The position numbers and the translations under genes were made by a program. Source: Enterobacteria phage Aplg8. From it: DNA of 64,000 bases. This document shows positions 18,743 to 30,204 of this stretch, piece after piece. The notes under the pieces are model-generated. The model was not told where the DNA came from. It ran no database searches and saw only the letters and a list, made by a program, of their open reading frames with translations. The stretch is taken from the sequence record NC_054902.1. The stretch is one strand, 5' to 3'. Positions within the stretch are counted from its first letter, which is position 1. Every line of letters starts with the position of its first letter.

Positions 18743-19567
18743 TTAGATATTTGACCAGACTTTGTTTGCAGAGAAACGTTTTCCTTTTGAAACGAACTGC
18801 TGAAGTGGCATCAACACAACGTTCGCCCAGTCTTTCGGGGCGATTTCAACAAGACTACCCATAATATTACCGGGTATATATGCCTTAATCATTTGGTCTG
18901 CACCCCTAAATCCTTTCACTTGACTCCAATCAATTTTTAATTTCGTTTTATTAGTAATAGTAGGTGTATTTGAATATTGCTTTAAAAGCTCTTCTAGAAA
19001 TTGCTGACGAGCTTTAGGTGGAATATAGTGCAAGTTTAATCCGTACATTAAATTATGCTTACCTAAACCAAGGTAAATTATCAAAGGAAATTTATCCCAG
19101 TAAGGAAGAGTTTCCTTATGTTTAGCATCATAAGCAAAAGCATATATTCGTCCCGGCTGCGGGCGAACAACTTTATGTCCTTTTACTTGCTTAATAGTTT
19201 CAGCAAACCATTTTCTGGTTTTATTATTAATTGCTGCACCTTCATTACGAATTTTATCGCGCAATGTTTGTCTGAATGAATTTATCATAAGCAGTTGTCT
19301 TTCTTGCTTATTGAGCTTATTCATTGGTTTTGATTCAAGCTTTTGAATCTTTTCAGCCGTTTTAATTCCTGAAGCATATTTTGACATTGCTGAAGTAAAC
19401 GTGGAGTATTTGATTCCTCTTTCTTCGGCAAATTGCTTTCCTGTCATTCCTTTTGCTTTGGCCTTTTTATATTCAAGACCTATTTGAATCCATTTCTTTT
19501 CGTTTAATGATTGCTTAACCTTTGGAACTTGGGGAGTGCTTTCATTAATTATTTGAAAAATAGCCAT
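18743..19567 (-). CDS. 2: DNA end protector protein gp2
   Basis: 274 aa; synteny 1-3-2-4. Confidence 0.85.
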   Translation of the reverse strand: MAIFQIINESTPQVPKVKQSLNEKKWIQIGLEYKKAKAKGMTGKQFAEERGIKYSTFTSAMSKYASGIKTAEKIQKLESKPMNKLNKQERQLLMINSFRQTLRDKIRNEGAAINNKTRKWFAETIKQVKGHKVVRPQPGRIYAFAYDAKHKETLPYWDKFPLIIYLGLGKHNLMYGLNLHYIPPKARQQFLEELLKQYSNTPTITNKTKLKIDWSQVKGFRGADQMIKAYIPGNIMGSLVEIAPKDWANVVLMPLQQFVSKGKRFSANKVWSNI

Positions 19568-20019
19568 TATGCCCCCTTAAAGCCAAGAGCTCGTAATCCA
19601 TCTTCTGTTAGAATTCTAAATTTTATTCCACGCTTTTCAGCTAAAGATTGTGCTGCTTTCCATTTATCAGTGTTCACAGACCAGGTATAAATTTCATTCA
19701 TAAATCTTTTCTTCGCTGCGGTTGTTAGATGTGCTGGTTTAACTGGTGGTTGTGTTTCTTTTTTAGGTTTTATTTCAATAAAAAATTCTTGTCCAGAAGA
19801 ATCTTTCATCCAAATATCCATGAAGTATCTACGTTTTTTCCCTTCTGCATTACAAAAATAAGGAATTACTGCTGTTTCACTACCCCATGCAATAATTTCT
19901 GGATTTTTATCTAACCATTCAAAAAAGAATTTTTCCCAATTTGATCTATACGTAATTTTTTTAGGGTCACCTCTATACTTTGATATATTTTTAGGAACCC
20001 ATTTTCCAGAATATGCCAT
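19567..20019 (-). CDS. 4: head completion protein gp4
   Basis: 150 aa; synteny. Confidence 0.85.
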   Translation of the reverse strand: MAYSGKWVPKNISKYRGDPKKITYRSNWEKFFFEWLDKNPEIIAWGSETAVIPYFCNAEGKKRRYFMDIWMKDSSGQEFFIEIKPKKETQPPVKPAHLTTAAKKRFMNEIYTWSVNTDKWKAAQSLAEKRGIKFRILTEDGLRALGFKGA

Positions 20020-20030
20020 TGGATTCTCCT

Positions 20031-20038
20031 TATAAATA
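20031..20038 (+). promoter_or_regulatory. T4 late promoter (TATAAATA) for gene 53
   Basis: Exact TATAAATA 29 nt upstream of gene 53 ATG. Confidence 0.6.
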
Positions 20039-20066
20039 GATAATATATTTATAAACAGGAGGGCCC

Positions 20067-20657
20067 ATGCTCTTTACATTTTTTGATCCGATTGAATATG
20101 CGGCCAAAACGGTGAATAAAAACGCGCCGACTATTCCTATGACAGATATTTTTAGAAACTATAAAGACTATTTCAAACGTGCTCTTGCGGGATACCGCTT
20201 ACGTACTTATTATATTAAAGGTTCACCACGCCCGGAAGAATTAGCAAATACTATATACGGAAATCCACAGTTGTATTGGGTTTTATTGATGTGTAATGAT
20301 AATTATGATCCATATTATGGATGGATTACTTCACAAGAAGCTGCTTATCAAGCATCTATACAAAAATACAAAAACGTAGGTGGAGACCAAATAGTATATC
20401 ATGTGAATGAAAACGGTGAAAAATTTTATAATTTAGTATCATACGATGATAATCCATATGTTTGGTATGATAAAGGCGATAAAGCTAAAAAATATCCTCA
20501 ATATGAAGGAGCGCTTGCTGCGGTCGATACGTATGAAGCTGCTGTTCTTGAAAATGAAAAACTTCGTCAAATAAAAATAATAGCAAAATCAGACATCAAT
20601 TCATTTATGAACGACCTTATACGTATAATGGAGAAATCTTATGGAAATGATAAGTAA
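20067..20657 (+). CDS. 53: baseplate wedge protein gp53
   Basis: 196 aa; AGGAGGG SD; synteny before gene 5. Confidence 0.85.
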   Translation: MLFTFFDPIEYAAKTVNKNAPTIPMTDIFRNYKDYFKRALAGYRLRTYYIKGSPRPEELANTIYGNPQLYWVLLMCNDNYDPYYGWITSQEAAYQASIQKYKNVGGDQIVYHVNENGEKFYNLVSYDDNPYVWYDKGDKAKKYPQYEGALAAVDTYEAAVLENEKLRQIKIIAKSDINSFMNDLIRIMEKSYGNDK

Positions 20658-22368
20658 TAACCTTAATTGGTTTGTTGGTGTTGTTGAAGATAGAATGGAC
20701 CCATTAAAATTAGGTCGTGTTCGTGTTCGTGTGGTTGGTCTGCATCCACCTCAAAGAGCACAAGGTGATGTAATGGGTATTCCAACTGAAAAATTACCAT
20801 GGATGTCAGTTATTCAACCTATAACTTCTGCAGCAATGTCTGGAATTGGAGGTTCTGTTACTGGACCAGTAGAAGGAACTAGAGTTTATGGTCATTTTTT
20901 GGACAAATGGAAAACTAACGGAATTGTCCTTGGCACGTATGGTGGAATAGTTCGCGAAAAACCGAATAGACTTGAAGGATTTTCTGACCCAACTGGGCAA
21001 TATCCTAGACGTTTAGGAAATGATACTAACGTATTAAACCAAGGCGGAGAAGTAGGATATGATTCGTCTTCTAACGTTATCCAAGATAGTAACTTAGACA
21101 CTGCAATAAATCCTGATGATAGACCACTATCAGAGATTCCAACCGATGATAATCCAAATATGTCAATGGCTGAAATGCTTCGCCGTGATGAAGGATTAAG
21201 ATTAAAAGTTTATTGGGATACCGAAGGATATCCGACAATTGGTATTGGTCATCTTATCATGAAGCAGCCAGTTCGTGATATGACCCAAATTAATAAAGTT
21301 TTATCAAAACAAGTTGGTCGTGAAATTACCGGAAATCCAGGTTCTATTACAATGGAAGAAGCGGTAACTTTATTTGAACGTGATTTAGCTGATATGCAAA
21401 GGGATATTAAATCACATTCTAAAGTTGGCCCAGTTTGGCAAGCAGTTAATCGTTCTCGTCAAATGGCGTTAGAAAATATGGCATTTCAGATGGGTGTTGG
21501 CGGTGTAGCTAAATTTAACACAATGTTAACTGCTATGTTAGCAGGAGATTGGGAAAAAGCATATAAAGCCGGTCGTGATTCATTGTGGTATCAACAAACA
21601 AAAGGCCGTGCATCCCGTGTTACCATGATTATTCTTACGGGGAATTTGGAATCATATGGTGTTGAAGTGAAAACTCCAGCTAGGTCTTTATCGGCAATGG
21701 CTGCGACTGTAGCTAAATCTTCTGACCCTGCTGACCCTCCTATTCCAAATGACTCGAGAATTTTATTCAAAGAACCAGTTTCTTCATATAAAGGCGAATA
21801 TCCTTATGTGCATACAATGGAAACTGAAAGTGGACATATTCAGGAATTTGATGATACCCCTGGGCAAGAACGATATAGATTAGTTCATCCAACTGGAACT
21901 TATGAAGAAGTATCACCGTCAGGGAGAAGAACAAGAAAAACTGTTGATAATTTGTATGATATAACCAACGCTGATGGTAATTTTTTGGTAGCCGGCGATA
22001 AAAAGACTAACGTCGGTGGATCAGAAATTTATTACAACATGGATAATCGTCTTCACCAAATAGATGGAAGCAATACAATATTTGTACGTGGCGATGAAAC
22101 TAAGACGGTTGAAGGTAATGGAACTATCCTAGTTAAAGGTAATGTTACTATTGTAGTTGAAGGTAATGCTGACATTACAGTTAAAGGAGATGCTACCACT
22201 TTAGTTGAAGGAAATCAGACTAATACAGTAAATGGAAATCTTTCTTGGAAAGTTGCTGGGACGGTTGATTGGGACGTTGGTGGCGATTGGACAGAAAAAA
22301 TGGCATCTATGAGTTCTATTTCATCTGGTCAATACACAATTGATGGATCGAGGATTGACATTGGCTAA
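20641..22368 (+). CDS. 5: baseplate hub protein gp5 with lysozyme domain
   Basis: 575 aa; MEMISNNLNWFVGVVED N-terminus, internal T4-lysozyme-like domain, C-terminal VxGxxxxx beta-helix repeats. Confidence 0.95.
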   Translation: MEMISNNLNWFVGVVEDRMDPLKLGRVRVRVVGLHPPQRAQGDVMGIPTEKLPWMSVIQPITSAAMSGIGGSVTGPVEGTRVYGHFLDKWKTNGIVLGTYGGIVREKPNRLEGFSDPTGQYPRRLGNDTNVLNQGGEVGYDSSSNVIQDSNLDTAINPDDRPLSEIPTDDNPNMSMAEMLRRDEGLRLKVYWDTEGYPTIGIGHLIMKQPVRDMTQINKVLSKQVGREITGNPGSITMEEAVTLFERDLADMQRDIKSHSKVGPVWQAVNRSRQMALENMAFQMGVGGVAKFNTMLTAMLAGDWEKAYKAGRDSLWYQQTKGRASRVTMIILTGNLESYGVEVKTPARSLSAMAATVAKSSDPADPPIPNDSRILFKEPVSSYKGEYPYVHTMETESGHIQEFDDTPGQERYRLVHPTGTYEEVSPSGRRTRKTVDNLYDITNADGNFLVAGDKKTNVGGSEIYYNMDNRLHQIDGSNTIFVRGDETKTVEGNGTILVKGNVTIVVEGNADITVKGDATTLVEGNQTNTVNGNLSWKVAGTVDWDVGGDWTEKMASMSSISSGQYTIDGSRIDIG

Positions 22369-22402
22369 TATACTTCCAATGAGCGCTGATTTAGGAGAAT
22401 CC

Positions 22403-22897
22403 ATGGAAGGTTCTTCTATCGACGTCACCTTTACCGCTCAATTAGAAACAGGTGAAACGTTAGTATCTATAAATATAACTAGTTACGAAGAAACTCCTGG
22501 GGTTTTAGTAGAAGAAAATCGCTTATACGGAACATATGAATCTGTATTTGGTTTTGGAAATGACGCGTTGAAATATCGTTTAAGTGATGAATTTAAAACT
22601 GCTGCTTCATGGGAAGAACTTCCTACTGATTCTGACACTCAGTTGTATTTGTGGAAAGCTCCTAAAAACCTCCAGAAGACATTCACTTACGAAGTAACAT
22701 TAATATATGACTACCAAGAACAAGGTGAATCTGGAGGTTCTGGCAGTAATTCTAGGTCATCTTCTGATACTACTGAACCGACGAATCCTCCAGCTCCAAT
22801 AAGAAAAACTCTTGTTAAAAATTATACAAAAACTATAGTTGGAAATTGGAGTCGTTGGGCTAATAAATTGAGAAGCTACGTGTATGAGAGGCCATAA
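22403..22897 (+). CDS. 5.1: hypothetical protein 5.1
   Basis: ORF track 22340..22897; AGGAG SD before ATG at 22403. Confidence 0.6.
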
Positions 22898-23191
22898 ATG
22901 TCAGGATTGAGTTATGATAAGTGTGTTACTGCCGGCCATGAAGCATGGCCTCCAACAGTTGTGAATGCTACACAAAGTAAAGTATTCACTGGAGGAATTG
23001 CTGTTCTCGTAGCAGGTGATCCAATTACAGAACACACAGAAATTAAAAAGCCATATGAAACACATGGCGGAGTGACACAACCTAGAACTTCTAAGGTATA
23101 TGTCACTGGAAAGAAAGCTGTTCAAATGGCTGATCCAATATCATGCGGTGATACTGTGGCTCAGGCATCATCTAAAGTATTCATTAAATAG
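22898..23191 (+). CDS. 5.4: PAAR-repeat spike tip protein gp5.4
   Basis: 97 aa; synteny between gene 5 and gene 6. Confidence 0.85.
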
Positions 23192-23199
23192 GATTTAAA

Positions 23200-25182
23200 A
23201 TGGCAAATACCCCTGTAAATTATCAATTAACAAGAACAGCAAATGCTATTCCCGAGATATTCGTCGGGGGTACATTTGCTGAAATAAAACAAAACCTCAT
23301 TGAATGGCTTAATGGTCAAAATGAATTTTTGGATTATGATTTTGAAGGCTCAAGATTAAACGTTCTGTGCGACCTTTTGGCTTATAATACATTGTACATT
23401 CAGCAGTTTGGTAATGCTGCCTTGTATGAAAGCTTTATGCGTACTGCTAATTTGCGTAGTTCAGTAGTTCAAGCTGCACAAGATAATGGATATTTACCTA
23501 CTTCAAAATCAGCTGCTCAAACTGAAATTATGCTAACTTGCACAGACGCATTGAATAGAAATTACATTACTATTCCTCGTGGTACTCGCTTTTTAGCATA
23601 TGCAAAAGATACTTCCGTTAATCCTTACAACTTTGTATCTACCGAAGATGTTATTGCTATTCGCGATAAAAATAACCAATATTTTCCGCGTTTAAAATTA
23701 GCCCAGGGACGTATAGTAAGAACTGAAATCATTTATGATAAATTAACACCTATTATCATTTATGACAAAAATATAGATAGAAACCAAGTTAAACTATACG
23801 TTGATGGAGCAGAATGGATTAACTGGACGAGAAAGTCAATGGTTCATGCTGGTTCAACATCAACGATTTACTATATGCGTGAAACTATTGATGGAAACAC
23901 TGAATTCTATTTTGGCGAAGGTGAAATTTCTGTTAATGCTTCTGAAGGAGCTTTGACCGCTAATTATATCGGAGGTCTTAAACCTACCCAGAACTCTACG
24001 ATTGTTATTGAGTACATCAGTACTAACGGTGCAGATGCGAATGGCGCAGTCGGATTTTCATATGCAGATACATTAACAAATATAACTGTCATCAATATTA
24101 ATGAAAATCCAAACGACGACCCAGATTTTGTCGGAGCAGATGGCGGCGGTGATCCAGAAGATATTGAGCGTATTCGCGAATTAGGTACTATTAAACGCGA
24201 AACTCAGCAACGCTGCGTAACTGCGACTGATTATGATACATTCGTTTCAGAGAGATTTGGTTCTATTATTCAAGCTGTTCAGACTTTCACTGATTCTACT
24301 AAACCTGGGTATGCATTTATTGCTGCTAAACCTAAATCAGGATTGTATTTAACTACTGTGCAACGTGAAGATATTAAAAATTATCTCAAAGATTATAATT
24401 TAGCGCCTATTACACCGTCAATTATTTCTCCTAATTATCTTTTTATTAAGACTAATTTAAAAGTCACATATGCTTTAAATAAACTACAAGAATCCGAACA
24501 GTGGCTTGAAGGTCAAATAATTGATAAAATTGATCGTTATTATACCGAAGATGTAGAAATTTTTAACTCATCTTTTGCCAAGTCTAAGATGTTAACTTAC
24601 GTAGATGATGCAGATCATTCTATCATTGGTTCATCAGCGACAATTCAAATTGTTCGTGAAGTACAAAACTTCTATAAAACGCCTGAAGCGGGTATTAAAT
24701 ACAATAATCAAATAAAAGATCGTTCTATGGAATCTAATACGTTTTCATTTAATTCTGGACGAAAGGTTGTAAATCCTGATACTGGTTTAGAAGAAGATGT
24801 ATTATATGACGTTCGTATAGTATCAACAGACCGAGATTCTAAAGGAATTGGTAAAGTTATTATTGGTCCATTTGCTTCTGGCGATGTTACAGAAAATGAA
24901 AACATTCAGCCGTATACAGGCAATGATTTTAATAAATTAGCAAATTCTGATGGACGTGACAAATATTATGTTATCGGTGAAATAAATTATCCAGCTGATG
25001 TGATTTATTGGAATATCGCTAAAATTAATTTAACATCTGAAAAATTTGAAGTTCAGACTATTGAATTATATTCTGACCCAACCGATGATGTTATCTTTAC
25101 TCGCGATGGTTCACTGATTGTATTTGAAAATGACTTACGTCCACAATACTTAACTATCGATTTGGAGCCTATATCACAATGA
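23200..25182 (+). CDS. 6: baseplate wedge protein gp6
   Basis: 660 aa; synteny. Confidence 0.93.
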   Translation: MANTPVNYQLTRTANAIPEIFVGGTFAEIKQNLIEWLNGQNEFLDYDFEGSRLNVLCDLLAYNTLYIQQFGNAALYESFMRTANLRSSVVQAAQDNGYLPTSKSAAQTEIMLTCTDALNRNYITIPRGTRFLAYAKDTSVNPYNFVSTEDVIAIRDKNNQYFPRLKLAQGRIVRTEIIYDKLTPIIIYDKNIDRNQVKLYVDGAEWINWTRKSMVHAGSTSTIYYMRETIDGNTEFYFGEGEISVNASEGALTANYIGGLKPTQNSTIVIEYISTNGADANGAVGFSYADTLTNITVININENPNDDPDFVGADGGGDPEDIERIRELGTIKRETQQRCVTATDYDTFVSERFGSIIQAVQTFTDSTKPGYAFIAAKPKSGLYLTTVQREDIKNYLKDYNLAPITPSIISPNYLFIKTNLKVTYALNKLQESEQWLEGQIIDKIDRYYTEDVEIFNSSFAKSKMLTYVDDADHSIIGSSATIQIVREVQNFYKTPEAGIKYNNQIKDRSMESNTFSFNSGRKVVNPDTGLEEDVLYDVRIVSTDRDSKGIGKVIIGPFASGDVTENENIQPYTGNDFNKLANSDGRDKYYVIGEINYPADVIYWNIAKINLTSEKFEVQTIELYSDPTDDVIFTRDGSLIVFENDLRPQYLTIDLEPISQ

Positions 25183-28100
25183 CAGTAAAAGCACCTTCAG
25201 TCACTAGTCTCAGAATTTCCAAGTTATCCGCAAATCAGGTGCAAGTACGCTGGGATGACGTTGGTGCTAATTTCTACTATTTTGTAGAAATCGCTGAGAC
25301 AAAAACAGACTCGGGGGAAAAACTCCCGAGTAATCAATATCGTTGGATTAATTTAGGATATACTGCAAATAACAGCTTCTTTTTTGATGATGCTGATCCA
25401 TTAACAACATACATTATTAGAGTAGCCACAGCTGCGCAAGATTTTGAGCAGTCTGATTGGATTTATACCGAAGAGTTTGAAACTTTTGCTACAAATGCTT
25501 ATACATTTCAAAACATGATTGAAATGCAATTAGCCAATAAATTCATTCAGGAAAAATTTACTCTTAATAATTCTGATTATGTTAATTTTAATAATGACAC
25601 TATAATGGCTGCATTGATGAATGAATCGTTTCAATTCAGCCCATCATATGTTGATGTTTCATCAATAAGTAATTTTATTATTGGTGAAAATGAGTATCAT
25701 GAAATACAAGGTTCTATTCAGCAGGTATGTAAGGATATTAACCGAGTTTATTTGATGGAATCAGAAGGGATTCTATATCTTTTTGAGCGTTATCAACCTG
25801 TAGTTAAAGTATCTAATGATAAAGGACAAACCTGGAAAGCTGTGAAGCTCTTCAATGACCGCGTAGGATATCCTTTATCTAAGACAGTATATTACCAATC
25901 TGCAAACACAACATACGTTCTAGGATACGACAAGATTTTCTACGGCCGTAAATCGACTGACGTTAGATGGTCAGCAGATGATGTCAGATTCAGTTCACAG
26001 GATATAACATTTGCTAAATTAGGAGACCAACTTCATTTAGGATTCGATGTTGAAATCTTCGCTACTTATGCTACTTTACCAGCGAATGTATACCGTATAG
26101 CTGAGGCTATTACTTGCACGGATGATTATATCTATGTTGTTGCCAGAGATAAAGTTAGATACATAAAAACGAGTAATGCACCCATAGATTCTGATCCATT
26201 ATCCCCAACATATTCGGAAAGACTTTTTGAACCTGACACAATGACTATAACCGGAAATCCTAAAGCAGTATGCTATAAAATGGATTCTGTTGGTGATAAA
26301 GTTTTTGCTCTTATTATTGGTGAAGTTGAAACATTAAATGCTAATCCGAGAACTTCAAAAATAATTGATTCTGCTGATAAAGGAATATATGTTTTAAATC
26401 ATGACGAAAAAACATGGAAAAGAGTTTTTGGTAATACCGAAGAAGAAAGAAGACGTATTCAACCCGGATATGCGAATATGTCAACTGACGGTAAATTAGT
26501 TTCTCTGTCTTCGAGCAATTTTAAATTTTTAAGTGATAATGTTGTTAATGACCCTGAAACTGCAGCAAAATATCAGTTAATTGGTGCTGTCAAATATGAA
26601 TTTCCTCGTGAATGGTTAGCTGATAAGCATTATCATATGATGGCATTTATAGCGGATGAAAACTCTGATTGGGAAACTTTTACGCCTCAGCCAATGAAAT
26701 ACTACGCAGAACCGTTCTTTAACTGGTCTAAAAAATCTAACACACGTTGTTGGATAAACAACTCTGATAGAGCTGTAGTAGTTTATGCTGATTTAAAATA
26801 CACCAAAGTTATAGAAAATATTCCGGAAACATCACCAGATAGATTAGTTCATGAATACTGGGATGATGGTGATTGCACTATAGTAATGCCAAATGTCAAA
26901 TTCACTGGATTTAAAAAATACGCATCAGGAATGCTTTTCTACAAAGCCTCCGGTGAAATAATTTCTTACTATGATTTTAACTATCGTGTGAGAGATACAG
27001 TAGAAATTATTTGGAAGCCAACTGAAGTATTTTTAAAAGCATTTTTACAAAACCAAGAGCATGAAACTCCTTGGTCGCCTGAAGAAGAGCGTGGATTGGC
27101 TGACCCTGATTTAAGACCATTGATTGGCACAATGATGCCTGATTCTTATTTGTTGCAGGATTCGAATTTTGAGGCATTTTGCGAAGCATATATTCAGTAT
27201 CTTTCTGATGGATATGGAACTCAGTATAACAATTTACGAAATTTAATTCGTAACAAATATCCACGAGAAGAGCATGCATGGGAATATTTGTGGTCAGAGA
27301 TATATAAAAGAAACATTTATTTAAATGCTGATAAACGCGATGCTGTTGCGAGATTCTTTGAATCACGTAGCTATGATTTTTATTCTACTAAAGGAATTGA
27401 AGCATCATACAAATTTCTTTTTAAAGTTCTTTATAATGAAGAAGTTGAAATTGAAATTGAATCTGGGGCTGGTACTGAATATGATATAATCGTTCAATCT
27501 GATTCTTTGACTGAAGACTTAGTAGGACAAACGATTTATACAGCTACAGGAAGATGTAATGTTACTTATATAGAAAGAAGCTATTCTAATGGTAAATTGC
27601 AATGGACCGTAACTATTCATAATCTTTTGGGAAGATTGATTGCCGGTCAAGAAGTTAAAGCAGAAAGACTTCCTAGTTTTGAAGGCGAAATTATTCGTGG
27701 GGTTAAAGGAAAGGATTTGCTTCAAAATAATATAGACTATATTAATAGAAGTCGATCATATTATGTAATGAAAATTAAATCCAACTTACCTTCTTCCCGC
27801 TGGAAATCTGACGTTATTCGTTTTGTTCATCCAGTAGGATTTGGATTTATAGCAATTACCCTTTTAACTATGTTTATTAATGTTGGTTTAACTCTTAAAC
27901 ATACAGAGACCATAATTAATAAATACAAAAACTATAAATGGGATTCTGGATTGCCTACTGAATATGCTGATAGAGTAGCTAAATTGACTCCAACTGGTGA
28001 AATTGAGCATGATTCGGTAACAGGCGAAGCAATTTATGAGCCTGGCCCAATGGCTGGTGTAAAATATCCTCTTCCTGATGACTATAATGCTGAAAATAAT

Positions 28101-28277
28101 AATTCAATATTTCAAGGTCAATTGCCGTCTGAACGACGTAAATTAATGAGTCCTTTATTTGATGCATCTGGAACAACATTTGCGCAATTTAGAGATTTAG
28201 TTAATAAACGTCTAAAAGACAATATAGGAAATCCAAGAGACCCTGAAAATCCAACACAGGTTAAAATAGATGAATGA
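25179..28277 (+). CDS. 7: baseplate wedge protein gp7
   Basis: 1032 aa; synteny. Confidence 0.93.
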   Translation: MTVKAPSVTSLRISKLSANQVQVRWDDVGANFYYFVEIAETKTDSGEKLPSNQYRWINLGYTANNSFFFDDADPLTTYIIRVATAAQDFEQSDWIYTEEFETFATNAYTFQNMIEMQLANKFIQEKFTLNNSDYVNFNNDTIMAALMNESFQFSPSYVDVSSISNFIIGENEYHEIQGSIQQVCKDINRVYLMESEGILYLFERYQPVVKVSNDKGQTWKAVKLFNDRVGYPLSKTVYYQSANTTYVLGYDKIFYGRKSTDVRWSADDVRFSSQDITFAKLGDQLHLGFDVEIFATYATLPANVYRIAEAITCTDDYIYVVARDKVRYIKTSNAPIDSDPLSPTYSERLFEPDTMTITGNPKAVCYKMDSVGDKVFALIIGEVETLNANPRTSKIIDSADKGIYVLNHDEKTWKRVFGNTEEERRRIQPGYANMSTDGKLVSLSSSNFKFLSDNVVNDPETAAKYQLIGAVKYEFPREWLADKHYHMMAFIADENSDWETFTPQPMKYYAEPFFNWSKKSNTRCWINNSDRAVVVYADLKYTKVIENIPETSPDRLVHEYWDDGDCTIVMPNVKFTGFKKYASGMLFYKASGEIISYYDFNYRVRDTVEIIWKPTEVFLKAFLQNQEHETPWSPEEERGLADPDLRPLIGTMMPDSYLLQDSNFEAFCEAYIQYLSDGYGTQYNNLRNLIRNKYPREEHAWEYLWSEIYKRNIYLNADKRDAVARFFESRSYDFYSTKGIEASYKFLFKVLYNEEVEIEIESGAGTEYDIIVQSDSLTEDLVGQTIYTATGRCNVTYIERSYSNGKLQWTVTIHNLLGRLIAGQEVKAERLPSFEGEIIRGVKGKDLLQNNIDYINRSRSYYVMKIKSNLPSSRWKSDVIRFVHPVGFGFIAITLLTMFINVGLTLKHTETIINKYKNYKWDSGLPTEYADRVAKLTPTGEIEHDSVTGEAIYEPGPMAGVKYPLPDDYNAENNNSIFQGQLPSERRKLMSPLFDASGTTFAQFRDLVNKRLKDNIGNPRDPENPTQVKIDE

Positions 28278-29274
28278 TTCAAGTGTTATCTATCGTGCGA
28301 TAGTTACTTCAAAATTTAGAACAGAAAAAATGTTGAATTTTTATAATTCAATTGGAAGTGGTCCGGATAAAAACACTATCTTTATCACATTTGGAAGATC
28401 AGAACCGTGGTCATCAAATGAAAATGAGGTGGGCTTTGCCCCACCTTATCCAACCGATTCTGTATTAGGCGTAACTGACATGTGGACGCATATGATGGGA
28501 ACAGTAAAGGTTCTTCCATCAATGCTTGATGCTGTTATTCCTCGCAGAGATTGGGGAGATACTAGATATCCGGATCCATACACATTTAGAATTAACGATA
28601 TTGTAGTGTGTAACTCAGCTCCTTACAATGCTACTGAATCAGGCGCAGGCTGGTTAGTATATCGTTGTTTAGATGTTCCTGATACCGGAATGTGTTCAAT
28701 AACATCTTTAACTGATAAGGATGAATGCCTCAAATTAGGTGGAAAATGGACTCCTTCTGCTAGGTCAATGACTCCGCCTGAAGGCCGAGGAGATGCTGAA
28801 GGAACAATTGAACCAGGAGACGGGTATGTGTGGGAATATCTATTTGAGATTCCGCCTGATGTATCTATAAATAGATGCACAAATGAATATATCGTGGTTC
28901 CTTGGCCTGAGGAATTAAAAGAAGACCCGACTAGATGGGGATATGAAGATAATCTCACTTGGCAACAAGATGATTTTGGATTAATTTACCGTGTTAAGGC
29001 AAATACTATCCGTTTTAAAGCATATTTAGATTCAGTTTATTTTCCTGAAGCTGCATTGCCAGGAAATAAAGGATTTAGACAAATATCAATAATTACGAAT
29101 CCTCTTGAAGCTAAAGCTCATCCAAATGACCCAAACGTTAAAGCTGAAAAGGATTATTATGATCCGGAAGATTTAATGAGGCATTCGGGCGAAATGATTT
29201 ATATGGAAAATAGGCCACCTATTATTATGGCAATGGATCAAACAGAAGAAATCAATATTCTGTTTACATTTTAA
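28270..29274 (+). CDS. 8: baseplate wedge protein gp8
   Basis: 334 aa; synteny. Confidence 0.93.
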   Translation: MNDSSVIYRAIVTSKFRTEKMLNFYNSIGSGPDKNTIFITFGRSEPWSSNENEVGFAPPYPTDSVLGVTDMWTHMMGTVKVLPSMLDAVIPRRDWGDTRYPDPYTFRINDIVVCNSAPYNATESGAGWLVYRCLDVPDTGMCSITSLTDKDECLKLGGKWTPSARSMTPPEGRGDAEGTIEPGDGYVWEYLFEIPPDVSINRCTNEYIVVPWPEELKEDPTRWGYEDNLTWQQDDFGLIYRVKANTIRFKAYLDSVYFPEAALPGNKGFRQISIITNPLEAKAHPNDPNVKAEKDYYDPEDLMRHSGEMIYMENRPPIIMAMDQTEEINILFTF

Positions 29275-29279
29275 ATTAA

Positions 29280-29303
29280 GGGAGCCCATGGGCTCCCTTT
29301 TTC
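29280..29303 (+). terminator. rho-independent terminator after gene 8
   Basis: Hairpin GGGAGCC-CATG-GGCTCCC followed by TTTTT. Confidence 0.65.
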
Positions 29304-29305
29304 TT

Positions 29306-29313
29306 TATAAATA
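29306..29313 (+). promoter_or_regulatory. T4 late promoter for gene 9
   Basis: Exact TATAAATA 25 nt upstream of gene 9 ATG. Confidence 0.6.
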
Positions 29314-29337
29314 CTATAAACTCATAAGGAAACCGCT

Positions 29338-30204
29338 ATGTTCATTCAAGAACCAAAGAAATTGATTGATACCGGCGAAATTGGTAACGCTTCTACTGGT
29401 GATATCTTATTCGACGGTGGTAATAAAATTAATAGTGATTTTAACGCAATTTATAATGCGTTTGGCGATCAGCGTAAAATGGCAGTAGCAAATGGCACTG
29501 GAGCAGATGGTCAAATTATCCATGCTACTGGATATTATCAAAAACACACTATCGCAGAGTATGCAACTCCAGTAAAAGTTGGCACTAGGCATGATATTGA
29601 TACCTCTACTGTAGGTGTTAAAGTTATCATTGAAAGAGGCGAACTCGGCGATTGTGTTGAATTCATTAACTCTAATGGATCAATATCAGTTACTAATCCT
29701 TTGACAATTCAAGCTATTGATTCAATTAAAGGTGTTTCAGGTAATTTAGTAGTAACTAGCCCATATAGTAAAGTTACTTTACGCTGTATTTCATCTGATA
29801 ATTCTACGTCGGTTTGGAATTATTCTATTGAAAGTATGTTTGGACAAAAGGAATCACCAGCTGAAGGTACATGGAATATTTCTACATCTGGATCAGTTGA
29901 TATTCCACTATTTCATCGCACTGAATACAATATGGCTAAATTACTAGTTACATGCCAATCGGTAGATGGAAGAAAAATTAAAACAGCAGAAATAAATATT
30001 CTTGTGGATACTGTCAATTCAGAGGTAATTTCTTCTGAATATGCTGTCATGCGAGTTGGGAATGAAACCGAAGAAGACGAAATCGCTAATATTGCATTTA
30101 GTATTAAAGAAAATTACGTAACGGCGACTATAAGTTCTTCAACTGTCGGTATGAGAGCAGCAGTTAAAGTTATCGCTACGCAGAAAATCGGGGTGGCTCA
30201 ATAA
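29338..30204 (+). CDS. 9: baseplate wedge protein gp9 (long tail fiber socket)
   Basis: 288 aa; synteny. Confidence 0.93.
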   Translation: MFIQEPKKLIDTGEIGNASTGDILFDGGNKINSDFNAIYNAFGDQRKMAVANGTGADGQIIHATGYYQKHTIAEYATPVKVGTRHDIDTSTVGVKVIIERGELGDCVEFINSNGSISVTNPLTIQAIDSIKGVSGNLVVTSPYSKVTLRCISSDNSTSVWNYSIESMFGQKESPAEGTWNISTSGSVDIPLFHRTEYNMAKLLVTCQSVDGRKIKTAEINILVDTVNSEVISSEYAVMRVGNETEEDEIANIAFSIKENYVTATISSSTVGMRAAVKVIATQKIGVAQ